Origin: Candidatus Omnitrophota bacterium
Lineage (GTDB): Bacteria; Omnitrophota; Gorgyraeia; JABMRN01; RBG-13-46-9
DNA length: 44,370 nt
Direction of reading: 5' to 3'
Assembly (NCBI GenBank): GCA_049642705.1
Contig: JBARPB010000004.1
Span: 1 to 44,370, forward strand
Part shown: one piece after another, positions 7,998-17,241 of the stretch
Layout of the letters: the number at the start of each line of letters is the position of its first letter
How positions within the stretch are numbered: position 1 is the stretch's first letter
The notes under the pieces: model-generated
Seen by the model: the letters and a program-made list of their open reading frames with translations, nothing else
What the model was told of the DNA's origin: nothing
Databases searched by the model: none
Program-made: the position numbers and the translations under genes

Positions 7998-9281
7998 AAG
8001 TATAAATCGATTAGGGGGATGGAGGATATACTGCCTGAGGATATAGGTATTTGGCAGCATCTTGAATATGCTGCCAGAAGAGACCTCGAAAGTTGGGGAT
8101 ATGACGAGATAAGAACTCCGATACTCGAAGATACCGCTATTTTTGTGCGAAGCATAGGCAAAGATACCGATATCGTCAAAAAAGAAATGTACACTTTCAA
8201 AGACAAAAAAGAAAGATCCCTCACGCTTAGGCCTGAAGGAACAGCGCCGATTGTCAGGGCATACATAGAGCATTCGTTGGATAAAATTTCTCCCAAAATA
8301 AAAAAGCTATATTACATAGGACCCATGTTCAGAAGTGAACGGCCGCAAAAAGGCCGCTCAAGGCAGTTTCATCAGATAGGGGTGGAGGTTATAGGAACAG
8401 GTTCTCCTTTTGCCGACACAGAAGTAATAAGACAACTCAGCGGCATGCTAAAGATTTTTAGACTGAAAGGTTTTGCTATTAAACTAAACAGCCTCGGATG
8501 CATTGTAGACAAGGAAAAATTTGCAGCCAAACTAAAGGAATATCTGGAGGAGAAAAAAAATAGACTATGTCGTGACTGCAAAGAGAGAACAAAGAAGAAT
8601 GTTTTAAGGGTGCTTGACTGCAAAAACGAAACCTGCATCCAGGTTGTAAGGCAGGCACCGAGCATACTGGAGGGTTTATGCATTCCGTGCAAAGCGCATT
8701 TTGAGAAAGTAAAAGAAAGACTCAATAAAGAAGGCATTGAATTCAAGGAGACAAAAAATCTTGTAAGGGGGCTGGATTATTATACCGGGACGGTTTTCGA
8801 GATTACGCATCCAGCTTTGGGGGCACAGGACGCGATAGGCGCGGGAGGAAGATATGATAACCTGATAAAGGATTTAGGCGGACCGGCCACACCAGCAATA
8901 GGATATGCCCTCGGCATAGAGCGAATTATACTGGCGCTTAGAGAAGAAAGCGCACTACCGGAACCCATTAGAATATACATAGCTGCCTTAGGCGAGGAAG
9001 CAGAACTCAAAGGTACGGTGATCGCAGCCAACTTGAGAACAGGGCTTGAAAGAGACCGCGACATGAGAATTAAAGTTATTAAAGATATCGAAGGTGGTGC
9101 TCTAAAAGCGCAGATGAAAAGGGCTGATAAAAATAAAACAACCTTTACCTTAATTCTCGGAGAGGACGAAATAAAGAAAAAAAAGATAATCATCAAAAAT
9201 ATGAAAACAGGAATACAGGATTCCGTGGATGAGGCTAACATTACCGCGGAACTTGCAAAAAGGATAAAAGAGTTATGCTAA
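7995..9281 (+). CDS. hisS: histidine--tRNA ligase
   Basis: Class II motifs (LRPEGTAP, YYIGPMFRSERPQKGR, GGGRYD) plus a C-terminal anticodon-binding domain. GTG 7992 is an alternative start. Confidence 0.95.
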   Translation: MKYKSIRGMEDILPEDIGIWQHLEYAARRDLESWGYDEIRTPILEDTAIFVRSIGKDTDIVKKEMYTFKDKKERSLTLRPEGTAPIVRAYIEHSLDKISPKIKKLYYIGPMFRSERPQKGRSRQFHQIGVEVIGTGSPFADTEVIRQLSGMLKIFRLKGFAIKLNSLGCIVDKEKFAAKLKEYLEEKKNRLCRDCKERTKKNVLRVLDCKNETCIQVVRQAPSILEGLCIPCKAHFEKVKERLNKEGIEFKETKNLVRGLDYYTGTVFEITHPALGAQDAIGAGGRYDNLIKDLGGPATPAIGYALGIERIILALREESALPEPIRIYIAALGEEAELKGTVIAANLRTGLERDRDMRIKVIKDIEGGALKAQMKRADKNKTTFTLILGEDEIKKKKIIIKNMKTGIQDSVDEANITAELAKRIKELC

Positions 9282-11038
9282 GAACCCACACTTGCGGCGA
9301 GCTGAATAAAACAAATATCGGGAAAGAAGTTACCCTTGCCGGGTGGGTGCATGCCCGGCGCGACCACGGCGAATTAATATTTATTGACGTAAGAGACGCA
9401 TACGGGCTCACGCAGATCGTATTCGACCCGAAAGAAAACCGCCCCCTGCACGAGGCCGCGCACGAACTCAAAAGCGAATATGTTATTCAGGCCGGGGGCG
9501 TCGTGCGGAAAAGACCCGCCGGGACGGAGAACGTGAAACTCCCGACAGGCGGAATCGAGGTCCTCGTAAATTCACTCGATATCTTAAACCCATCGCTTAC
9601 CCCGCCTTTTGAAGTAGGCGAGACGGGGAGCCTCGTCTCGGACGAGATGCGGCTTAAATACAGGTATATAGATTTAAGAAGCCCCCGCATGCAAAGGAAC
9701 ATGCGCCTCCGGCACAGGATAAGTCACTCCATAAGGGGTTTTCTCGAAAAAAGAAATTTTGTAGAAATAGAAACGCCGTTTCTCACGCGTTCGACGCCCG
9801 AAGGCGCGCGTGATTACCTTGTTCCCTCAAGGCTTAACGCGGGAAAGTTCTACGCCCTCCCGCAGTCGCCGCAGCTTTTCAAGCAGATCCTCATGGTTTC
9901 GGGATTCGACCGTTATTTCCAGATAGCGCGGTGTTTCAGGGACGAGGACCTGCGCAAGGACAGGCAGCCGGAATTTACGCAAGCAGATATCGAAATGAGT
10001 TTTGTGGACGAAAACGATATATTCGAACTATCGGAGGCCCTGATGAAAGAGGTGTTTAAGGAGGTATCCGGCATCGATCTTTCCGCCCGGTTCCCGAGAT
10101 TGAAATACGGCGATGCGATGGAGCGCTTCGGCACAGACAAGCCGGATACAAGGTTCGGCATGGAACTTGCCAACCTATCGGAGGCCCTGAAGGGCACAAA
10201 ATTCAACGTATTTAAGAAAAGCCTAAAGATCGGCGGCTCGATTTACGCGATAAACGCGAGGTGCCATGCCGGAATTGGCCGCTCCAAACTCGACGGCCTT
10301 ATAGAAAAGGCAAAGGACTCAGGCGCGGCGGGCCTGGCATACTTTAAATGCGAAAAAGGAAAGCTTTCTTCCAATATAGATAAGTTCTTTGATGAGGCGG
10401 AACTGGATTCTATAAGGAAAAAGACAGACGCCAAAGACGGCGACCTTATACTTATCGTAGCCGACAAAAAAGAGGTGGCGCTCGGCGTGCTGGGGGCCCT
10501 AAGGATTGAAATCGCGAAAGGCGCCAACCTCATCGACGAAGGGAAATATAATTTTCTCTGGATAACCGATTTCCCTTTATTTAAGTATAACGAAGAAGAA
10601 AAGAAGTGGGAATCGGAGCATCACCCGTTCACCTCCTGCAGTGAGGAAGATATGAAATTGCTGGACGGAAATAAACTTGAGGGAATCCGCGCGCGCTCCT
10701 ACGACCTTGTGGTAAACGGCGCCGAAATCGCATCAGGCAGCATAAGGATCCACAACAGAAAACTCCAGGAGAAGATTTTCAAAATCATCGGGCTCGAAAA
10801 AGAGGAGGCGACGAGCCGCTTCGGTTTTTTGATAGACGCGTTTAAATACGGCGCCCCGCCGCATGGAGGGATAGCATTCGGGCTGGACAGGCTCGTTACG
10901 ATTTTTACAAAATCAAATACTATAAGGGATGTGATTGCCTTTCCGAAGACGCAGAAGGCGGTGTGCCCGATGACCGGCGCGCCCTCGGAAGTGGATGACC
11001 GGCAGCTTAAGGAGCTGCACATTAAGAAAACAAAATAA
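9275..11038 (+). CDS. aspS: aspartate--tRNA ligase (bacterial type)
   Basis: N-terminal OB fold (VTLAGWVHARRDHG), then QSPQLFKQ, FRDEDLRKDRQPEFTQ, GGIAFGLDRL. 587 aa with the bacterial insertion domain. Confidence 0.95.
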   Translation: MLRTHTCGELNKTNIGKEVTLAGWVHARRDHGELIFIDVRDAYGLTQIVFDPKENRPLHEAAHELKSEYVIQAGGVVRKRPAGTENVKLPTGGIEVLVNSLDILNPSLTPPFEVGETGSLVSDEMRLKYRYIDLRSPRMQRNMRLRHRISHSIRGFLEKRNFVEIETPFLTRSTPEGARDYLVPSRLNAGKFYALPQSPQLFKQILMVSGFDRYFQIARCFRDEDLRKDRQPEFTQADIEMSFVDENDIFELSEALMKEVFKEVSGIDLSARFPRLKYGDAMERFGTDKPDTRFGMELANLSEALKGTKFNVFKKSLKIGGSIYAINARCHAGIGRSKLDGLIEKAKDSGAAGLAYFKCEKGKLSSNIDKFFDEAELDSIRKKTDAKDGDLILIVADKKEVALGVLGALRIEIAKGANLIDEGKYNFLWITDFPLFKYNEEEKKWESEHHPFTSCSEEDMKLLDGNKLEGIRARSYDLVVNGAEIASGSIRIHNRKLQEKIFKIIGLEKEEATSRFGFLIDAFKYGAPPHGGIAFGLDRLVTIFTKSNTIRDVIAFPKTQKAVCPMTGAPSEVDDRQLKELHIKKTK

Positions 11039-11048
11039 GGAGGTAAGA

Positions 11049-11471
11049 ATGAAATTCTTATTGATTGCAATTCTTCTGGTTAGTGTAACCCTTGCGGGTT
11101 GTTCCGGTGCGAGGATTTACACTTTTAAGGAGGAAAGGGTTGACCAGCGCGTCGAAGGAAACCGCGGTTATATCAAGGGCACGCCGGCGCCCGAGCCCAT
11201 AAGAAAAGGCGTAGCAAAGAGGACCTTGATAGGCATAGACGTCGAAGTGCCTATATTACCCGGCGAGAAGGGGTATGTGCCGACATCAGGAGGTACCGTG
11301 ATTTATGCAGAAGACATAAAGATGGAACCGATGCCCAGAGCCCCCAAGAAAAAAGCACCCAAAGCAAAAGTCGTATACAGAGAAGAAACCATTATCGTTG
11401 AAGAAGAGATTACACCGGAGGGAAAGAAAAAAGAAATAATAGTCGAAGAAGAAGAGGTTTGGGTTAAATAA
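11049..11471 (+). CDS. lipoprotein, Glu/Lys-rich, function unknown
   Basis: AAGGAGG RBS, then MKFLLIAILLVSVTLAG|C lipobox. The ORF-track 5' extension to 10995 overlaps aspS and is unlikely. Confidence 0.75.
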   Translation: MKFLLIAILLVSVTLAGCSGARIYTFKEERVDQRVEGNRGYIKGTPAPEPIRKGVAKRTLIGIDVEVPILPGEKGYVPTSGGTVIYAEDIKMEPMPRAPKKKAPKAKVVYREETIIVEEEITPEGKKKEIIVEEEEVWVK

Positions 11472-11475
11472 AGCA

Positions 11476-11503
11476 GATAAGGGATAAGCGGTAAGGGATA
11501 AGA
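11476..11503 (+). repeat. 4 x 7-nt tandem GATAAGG GATAAGC GGTAAGG GATAAGA ending on the phoH ATG
   Basis: Read directly from the sequence. Confidence 0.8.
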
Positions 11504-12456
11504 TGGAGAAGGATATTCGCTTAAACAACGACGCTGAAGCGAGAAGTCTTCTTGGAAAGCACGACGAGAACATGAAGCTGATTGAGAGGTCATTCGGCAT
11601 AAGCTCGATGCTCCGCGCAGGGATCCTAAGGCTTACAGGCGCGCCGGAAGGCGTCGAGAAAGCAGCGCGCGTGATAAAAGAGCTTCTCATAGCGATACGC
11701 GAGGGCGTTTACATAAAGACGCACGACCTTAACTACGCGATAAAATCCGTAAAGGAAGATAAAAAGGTAAGGCTGCACGATATTTATCTTGAGAGAATAG
11801 AGGTTTTGTCAAAGAGGCTTTATATCATGCCAAAGAGCAGGGGGCAGAAGACGTATATCGACGCCATACGCAAATACGATATTGTATTTTGTATAGGGCC
11901 GGCGGGTACGGGAAAGACCTATCTTGCCGTGGCCATGGCGGTTAACGCTTTAAAGAAAAAGATAGTTTCCAGGATCATTCTGGCGAGGCCGGCCGTTGAG
12001 GCGGGCGAAAGCCTCGGGTACCTTCCCGGGGATATGTATGAGAAGGTGAGCCCGTATCTTCGGCCCATGTACGATGCTCTCTACGACATGATGGAAAGCG
12101 ATATGATACGCGATTATATCCAGAGGGGCATCATAGAAGTCGTACCCCTGGCGTATATGAGAGGGAGGACCCTGAACGATTCTTTTGTCATCCTGGACGA
12201 GGCACAGAATTCCCGGCCCACCCAGATGAAGATGTTCCTGACGCGCCTCGGATTTGATTCAAAAACGGTTATCACGGGCGACATAACGCAGAGCGACCTG
12301 CCCAAAGGCAAGACCTCCGGGCTCATAGAGGCCCGGTCAATACTGGAAAATATAGAGGGGATAAAATTCGTTTATTTAAAAGGCGAGGATGTCGTAAGGC
12401 ACGAGCTGGTTTGTGAGATTATCAAGGCATACGCGGCCTCGCAAAAAACGGAGTAA
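11503..12456 (+). CDS. phoH: PhoH-like ATPase
   Basis: Walker A GPAGTGKT, ILDEAQN and LTRLG motifs, 317 aa. Confidence 0.93.
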   Translation: MEKDIRLNNDAEARSLLGKHDENMKLIERSFGISSMLRAGILRLTGAPEGVEKAARVIKELLIAIREGVYIKTHDLNYAIKSVKEDKKVRLHDIYLERIEVLSKRLYIMPKSRGQKTYIDAIRKYDIVFCIGPAGTGKTYLAVAMAVNALKKKIVSRIILARPAVEAGESLGYLPGDMYEKVSPYLRPMYDALYDMMESDMIRDYIQRGIIEVVPLAYMRGRTLNDSFVILDEAQNSRPTQMKMFLTRLGFDSKTVITGDITQSDLPKGKTSGLIEARSILENIEGIKFVYLKGEDVVRHELVCEIIKAYAASQKTE

Positions 12457-12459
12457 GCG

Positions 12460-14703
12460 ATGATTAAGTTCAAGCATTTCTTAGGTCAAGGCGTGATTCG
12501 CCTCAAGAAAGTGCGCAAAACCCCGTATTTCTATTCTGCCGTGGTAGTTTTTGGTTTCTGCCTGGTAACGCTGGCTGTCCTTTACCTGGGAAGCGCGCCC
12601 TTCCTTTCTGAACTCAAGGAAGGCGATATTTCGACAAGAACCGTCTACGCGCCCTACGATTTCACCTACCCGACTACCGTCGACAAAGAGGCAACCGAAA
12701 AAGTCAGGAAGGAATTCGAAGCCAAGATCCTGCCCATCTACGATATTGACGCATCCGTCCAGGAGAGGGCGTTTGCCCGGCTGGACGCTTTTTTCAACAA
12801 GGTAAAGGAGGCAAAGCAGAAGCCGGGCGCAACCGGCGAAGAGAAACTCGAAATTATCAAGGAAGGTGGATTCGAACTGCCGGATAGGGACCTGGCGAAA
12901 TTCCTCGAGGCGCGCAACCCGGACAAGATCAGGAAGGCCTCGAAAGACGCGCTTGAAAATATATTCCTGGTCGGCATAGTGAGCGCCAAGGACAAGGCGG
13001 GACTCCTCGAGAAAAGGGCGAAAAAAATATTGATTAGAAATCTGCGCTTCAAGACCGAAAGGAAGCTTGAGTCGAAAGACCTCGTGGACAAAAAAGAGGC
13101 CGGAAAAGTTGTCCAGGATACCCTGGAGAGGCTGCTTCCGCGGGAGCACCTGATAAGAAAAGCCGTTGGAGACCTTGTTGAGAACGAAGCCGTTGTAAAC
13201 GCGCGTTTTAACAAAGAGGAGACAGAAAAGCGCAAGGCCGAAGCGAGGAACGAGGTCCCGCCAGTTTACAAACGAAAAACCGTAAAGAAGAACGAGCTCA
13301 TCGTGGAAAAAGGCGTAAGGTTCTCAAAGGACGAAATAACCAAGCTTACTCAGATAACACGTGTTCACGCTATCGTAAACAGGACGGCCTATCTTTCGGG
13401 CCTTATACTTCTTCTCGCCGGGCTCCTTCTGGGCGCGGCAATCTATTTGTTAATTCTTGAAAAGAAGCTGGTAGAGACGCCGAAAAATATCCTCCTTATC
13501 ACTATAAACGCTTTTCTCGCTATTCTGGTTTCGCTTGTGGTCATTCAGTCCCAGCAGCCGGGGTATCTAATCCCGCTTGCGAGCATCGCGATGTTACTGG
13601 TTCTGCTTCTCAATACAAACGTCGCTTTTATCACGAGCATAGCACTTAGCATCTACATCGGTTTCCTGGCGGGAGGGAAACTCGGGCTTTCTTTCATGCT
13701 TTTTGTGGGAAGCATTGTCGGCATATGCGCCGTTCGCGGGGCAAGAAAGCGCTCGCAGATATTTATAGCCGGTTTTGCGGTTTCCATTGTAAACTTCATT
13801 TCCATAATAGGAATAGGCCTGCTACAAAATATGGGAAAAGAGGCGATTTTTAAAGAGGGCCTCTACGGCATAGCAAACGGTATCATTTCAAGTTTTATAG
13901 TCATAGGGTTTTTGCCGGTTTTCGAGTATACCTTTAACCTCATCACGAATATCACGCTTCTTGAACTTTCGGATTTAAGCAACCCGCTCCTGAAGGAACT
14001 TACCATTAAAGCGCCCGGCACGTACCACCACAGCATCCTCGTCGGCAACCTGGCGGAGGAGGCCTGCGACACTATCGGCGCAAATTCGCTTCTTGCCAGG
14101 GTAGGCGCGTATTACCATGATATCGGCAAAATAGAGAAGGCGGAGTATTTCGTGGAGAACGAGATGGGTACCGCCTCAAAACATAAGAAACTCGCCCCCT
14201 CGATGAGCGCCCTCATAATTACGAATCATACCAAGGACGGCATCGAGCTTGCCAAGAAGCACAAACTAAACAGGGCAATTATTGATTTTATCAGTCAGCA
14301 CCACGGCACAAGCCTTATCTATTATTTCTACCAGCGGGCGCTCGAGAAGGTGAAATCCGCAGACGAGCTGAAAGAGGAAGAGTTCAGGTATCCCGGCCCG
14401 AAGCCGCAGACGAAAGAGACGGCTATCGTGCTTCTTGCGGATTCGGTCGAGGCCTCCTCGCGCATGCTGAGCGACCCGACCCCCGCGCGAATCCGAGGGC
14501 TGGTGCAGAAGATAATTAACAACAAGTTCATAGACGGGCAGCTGGACAAATGCCCGCTTACGCTGAACGACCTGAATGGAATCGCGGAAAGTTTCGTCAG
14601 GGTTCTGATGGGCGTTTTTCACACGAGGCTGGAATACCCCGAGGTCAAGTCCAAAAAAGAACGGCAGAATGTCTTTAAAAATAAGAATCAGCAATCTCAA
14701 TAA
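12460..14703 (+). CDS. pgpH: 7TM-HD (HDIG) membrane phosphohydrolase, PgpH/YqfF-like
   Basis: N-terminal extracytoplasmic region, 7 hydrophobic helices, C-terminal HHSILVG...YYHDIGK HD domain. Sits between phoH and ybeY, as in Firmicutes. Confidence 0.88.
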   Translation: MIKFKHFLGQGVIRLKKVRKTPYFYSAVVVFGFCLVTLAVLYLGSAPFLSELKEGDISTRTVYAPYDFTYPTTVDKEATEKVRKEFEAKILPIYDIDASVQERAFARLDAFFNKVKEAKQKPGATGEEKLEIIKEGGFELPDRDLAKFLEARNPDKIRKASKDALENIFLVGIVSAKDKAGLLEKRAKKILIRNLRFKTERKLESKDLVDKKEAGKVVQDTLERLLPREHLIRKAVGDLVENEAVVNARFNKEETEKRKAEARNEVPPVYKRKTVKKNELIVEKGVRFSKDEITKLTQITRVHAIVNRTAYLSGLILLLAGLLLGAAIYLLILEKKLVETPKNILLITINAFLAILVSLVVIQSQQPGYLIPLASIAMLLVLLLNTNVAFITSIALSIYIGFLAGGKLGLSFMLFVGSIVGICAVRGARKRSQIFIAGFAVSIVNFISIIGIGLLQNMGKEAIFKEGLYGIANGIISSFIVIGFLPVFEYTFNLITNITLLELSDLSNPLLKELTIKAPGTYHHSILVGNLAEEACDTIGANSLLARVGAYYHDIGKIEKAEYFVENEMGTASKHKKLAPSMSALIITNHTKDGIELAKKHKLNRAIIDFISQHHGTSLIYYFYQRALEKVKSADELKEEEFRYPGPKPQTKETAIVLLADSVEASSRMLSDPTPARIRGLVQKIINNKFIDGQLDKCPLTLNDLNGIAESFVRVLMGVFHTRLEYPEVKSKKERQNVFKNKNQQSQ

Positions 14704-15112
14704 GAAAAGGGGAATAGACAGAAAGGCCCTCAAAAAAACCGCCTTGCGGATCCTGCGCGATTTCGGAAAAAACGAAGCGCTCATTGACATAACGGTCGTA
14801 GGTAATAGAAAAATAAAGGTGCTGAACGAAAAATACATGGGAAGGGGTGTTCCGACGGATGTTCTTTCCTTTTTACTGGAAGAAGGCGCCATCCGGCCGA
14901 AAGGCCGCCGTCTCATAGGCGATATCTACATCTCTTCCGATACGGCAGCACAAAACGCGAGGCGTTTTAAAACAAGCCCGCGAAAAGAACTTCACCGTTA
15001 TGTCATACACGGGATCTTGCACCTTGTTGGTTTCGGCGATAAGACGGTTAAAGAGAAGAATAGAATAAGGAAATTGGAAGAGAAATTTCTAAAATGGCGC
15101 AGCAGAGACTAG
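14669..15112 (+). CDS. ybeY: rRNA maturation endoribonuclease YbeY
   Basis: HGILHLVGFGD zinc-binding motif, 147 aa. Confidence 0.92.
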   Translation: MSLKIRISNLNKKRGIDRKALKKTALRILRDFGKNEALIDITVVGNRKIKVLNEKYMGRGVPTDVLSFLLEEGAIRPKGRRLIGDIYISSDTAAQNARRFKTSPRKELHRYVIHGILHLVGFGDKTVKEKNRIRKLEEKFLKWRSRD

Positions 15113-15792
15113 TCGAAAGCTTGAACAGGTCGGTAGAAGGATTCATCTACGTCCTCAAGACGCAGAGAAATATGCGGCTTCATTTCCTTATCGCGACGCT
15201 CGTTCTCGTGCTGGGCCTTTATTTCAACCTGCCGAAAATAGAGCTTTTGCTTCTGGTAAGCGTTATTGCGCTTGTCCTTGTCCTGGAGATGATCAACACG
15301 GCGGTCGAACTCACGATTGACCTTATTAAAAACGTGTACCACCCGCTGGCGCGTATCATAAAGGATATAACGGCAGGGGCTGTTTTCCTGGCGGCCTTGA
15401 ACGCTGTTGTGGTGGGTTATGTGGTGTTTTCTCACCGTTTTTCCCTGTCCATAGAAGACGGCGTTACCAGGATAGTACATTCACCCTGGTATCTTACTTT
15501 TCTAGCGCTTTTGGTGGTTATGTTTTTAGTACTGTCCGGAAAAGTATTTTTTCACAAGGGCACGCCGTTTCGGGGTGGCATGCCGAGCGGCCACGCCGCT
15601 TTTGCGTTTTCGCTCTGGACGGTTATAGTTTTTTCGACAGGAAACGGCCTTATAATGCTTTTGAGTTTTATAATGGCTTTTTTAATAGCGCGCCACAGGA
15701 TGAAAGACAATATTCATACATTCTGGGAGGTACTGGCGGGAGCACTTCTCGGCATATTGTCTACAGCGCTCGTATTTCAGGTGTTACTATAA
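15094..15792 (+). CDS. dgkA: diacylglycerol/undecaprenol kinase (DgkA) fused to a PAP2 phosphatase module
   Basis: The N-terminal half has the DgkA-type EMINTAVE...D motif. The C-terminal half has PSGH and R..(5)..H...(E/D) PAP2-like motifs (GGMPSGHAAFA; ARHRMKDNIHTFWEV). Confidence 0.75.
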   Translation: MAQQRLVESLNRSVEGFIYVLKTQRNMRLHFLIATLVLVLGLYFNLPKIELLLLVSVIALVLVLEMINTAVELTIDLIKNVYHPLARIIKDITAGAVFLAALNAVVVGYVVFSHRFSLSIEDGVTRIVHSPWYLTFLALLVVMFLVLSGKVFFHKGTPFRGGMPSGHAAFAFSLWTVIVFSTGNGLIMLLSFIMAFLIARHRMKDNIHTFWEVLAGALLGILSTALVFQVLL

Positions 15793-15794
15793 AA

Positions 15795-15838
15795 CACAGA
15801 TGATCACAGATGGGATTCACAGATGATCACAGATAAAG
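15795..15838 (+). repeat. tandem CACAGAT-core repeats (CACAGATGAT CACAGATGGGATT CACAGATGAT CACAGATAAAG)
   Basis: Read directly from the sequence. It can also be read as an imperfect 23-nt duplication. Confidence 0.8.
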
Positions 15839-15850
15839 AAAGGATAAACC

Positions 15851-16468
15851 ATGTTTACTAAAGTTCGAAATTATTTCATAACAGGCGTGGCGCTCATATT
15901 TCCCATCGCCATCACAATAATCATTATAAGGTTTCTTGTCATAAAGATTAACAGCTATATTCTTAATCCCCTGGTGAAGACCTTAACATTAAACCCGTAC
16001 CTGACCGAGCACAGTATATATATTGCCAAGGTGCTCGTTTTCATCATCGTGATACTTTTGATTTCGCTCATTGGGTGGGCGGCAAATATTATTTTCCTGC
16101 GCAAGCTCTTCGGGTTCGGCGAGAAGATATTCCTGAAGGTTCCGATGATCGGCAAGATTTATTCCGTAACCAAAGAAATAGGCTCGGCTTTCCTCGGACA
16201 GGAAAAGGCCTTTTTTAAAAAAGTTGTACTCATAGAGTACCCGCGAAAGGGCATCTATTCGATTGCTTTCATGACTGGCGAGGGCGTAGACACGATAAGG
16301 GACGCCACGGGCAAGGAGCTTGTGAGCGTTTTTGTTGCCACGACCCCGAACCCGACAAGCGGCATATATCTTTTAATCCCGAAGGACGAGGTGAAGATTC
16401 TCGACATGACCGTCGAAGAAGGGCTTAAGCTCGTCGTCTCAAGCGGCGCTATTGTTTCTAATCGATAA
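15851..16468 (+). CDS. DUF502 family membrane protein
   Basis: N-terminal FITGVALIFPIAITIIII helix and overall layout typical of DUF502, 205 aa. Confidence 0.75.
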   Translation: MFTKVRNYFITGVALIFPIAITIIIIRFLVIKINSYILNPLVKTLTLNPYLTEHSIYIAKVLVFIIVILLISLIGWAANIIFLRKLFGFGEKIFLKVPMIGKIYSVTKEIGSAFLGQEKAFFKKVVLIEYPRKGIYSIAFMTGEGVDTIRDATGKELVSVFVATTPNPTSGIYLLIPKDEVKILDMTVEEGLKLVVSSGAIVSNR

Positions 16469-16487
16469 TAACTGTCGCGGTTTTGGT

Positions 16488-17240
16488 ATGGCTGTTCAAA
16501 AAACACAAGGGTTCGTTCTCAGAAAGCAGGACTTAAGGGAAACGAGCATAATCCTTACGGTATATACGCGCGACTTCGGGAAGCTCAAGCTTATTTCCAA
16601 GGGCGTGAGGGCGCCTGAGGCGCGCTTCGTTAGCGCGTACGAATTATTGGCGCTTGACGATATAGTGTTTTACGAAAGAAAAAAGCGAAGTCTCTTTTTT
16701 CTTTCTCAATGCGACCTCGTAAATTATTTCCCGAAGGTCAGGGAGTCGCTGGAGAGGCTTTCTTACGCGGTCTATTTTGCCGAATTTCTTGATGCGGCCA
16801 CTTCGGCGTGCGATAGGAACACGAGGATTTACGAGCTTCTGTTGAACTCGCTTTTTCTTCTATCGAGCAAGGCAAGCCCGAAAAGGGTGGCAAGGATTTT
16901 CGAAATTAAATTTCTGTCGATCCTCGGCCTTATGCCCAGGCTTAAGACGTGCGCGGCCTGCGACAGGGCGGTAGAAAAAGAAGGAGTCCGGTTTAGTTTT
17001 TCGTCAGGCGGGGTCTTGTGCGAGGGCTGTTTCGCGAAGGACAAAAACGCAAAGCCGGTCCTCGCCGGCACGGTCAATTTTATCGCGCACATAGAGGATT
17101 TGCCGTTTGAGAGGATAAAGCATATAAAGGTAAGTAAAAGGGTGGGCGTGGAAGTTGAAAGGCTCCTTCGGGGTTTCATCAATTACCACCTGGACATAAG
17201 GCTTAAGAGCATGGAGTTTATAGGGAAGGTCGGAGTGTGA
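16488..17240 (+). CDS. recO: DNA repair protein RecO
   Basis: N-terminal OB region (QGFVLRKQDLRETS) and zinc motif CAAC...CEGC. ATG 16488 avoids the overlap with the upstream gene. Confidence 0.9.
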   Translation: MAVQKTQGFVLRKQDLRETSIILTVYTRDFGKLKLISKGVRAPEARFVSAYELLALDDIVFYERKKRSLFFLSQCDLVNYFPKVRESLERLSYAVYFAEFLDAATSACDRNTRIYELLLNSLFLLSSKASPKRVARIFEIKFLSILGLMPRLKTCAACDRAVEKEGVRFSFSSGGVLCEGCFAKDKNAKPVLAGTVNFIAHIEDLPFERIKHIKVSKRVGVEVERLLRGFINYHLDIRLKSMEFIGKVGV

Positions 17241-17241
17241 A

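Noticed and set aside
12481-13235. Long minus-strand ORFs (222 aa and 165 aa) inside the pgpH region
   Set aside because: They lie entirely antisense to a + strand gene with clear HD-domain and TM features. Their products are low-complexity (R/L/F/S-rich) with no motifs, typical of shadow ORFs opposite purine-rich coding sequence.
14266-14916. Minus-strand 216-aa ORF spanning the pgpH/ybeY junction
   Set aside because: It is antisense to two well-supported genes, has no RBS or promoter context, and has a low-complexity product.
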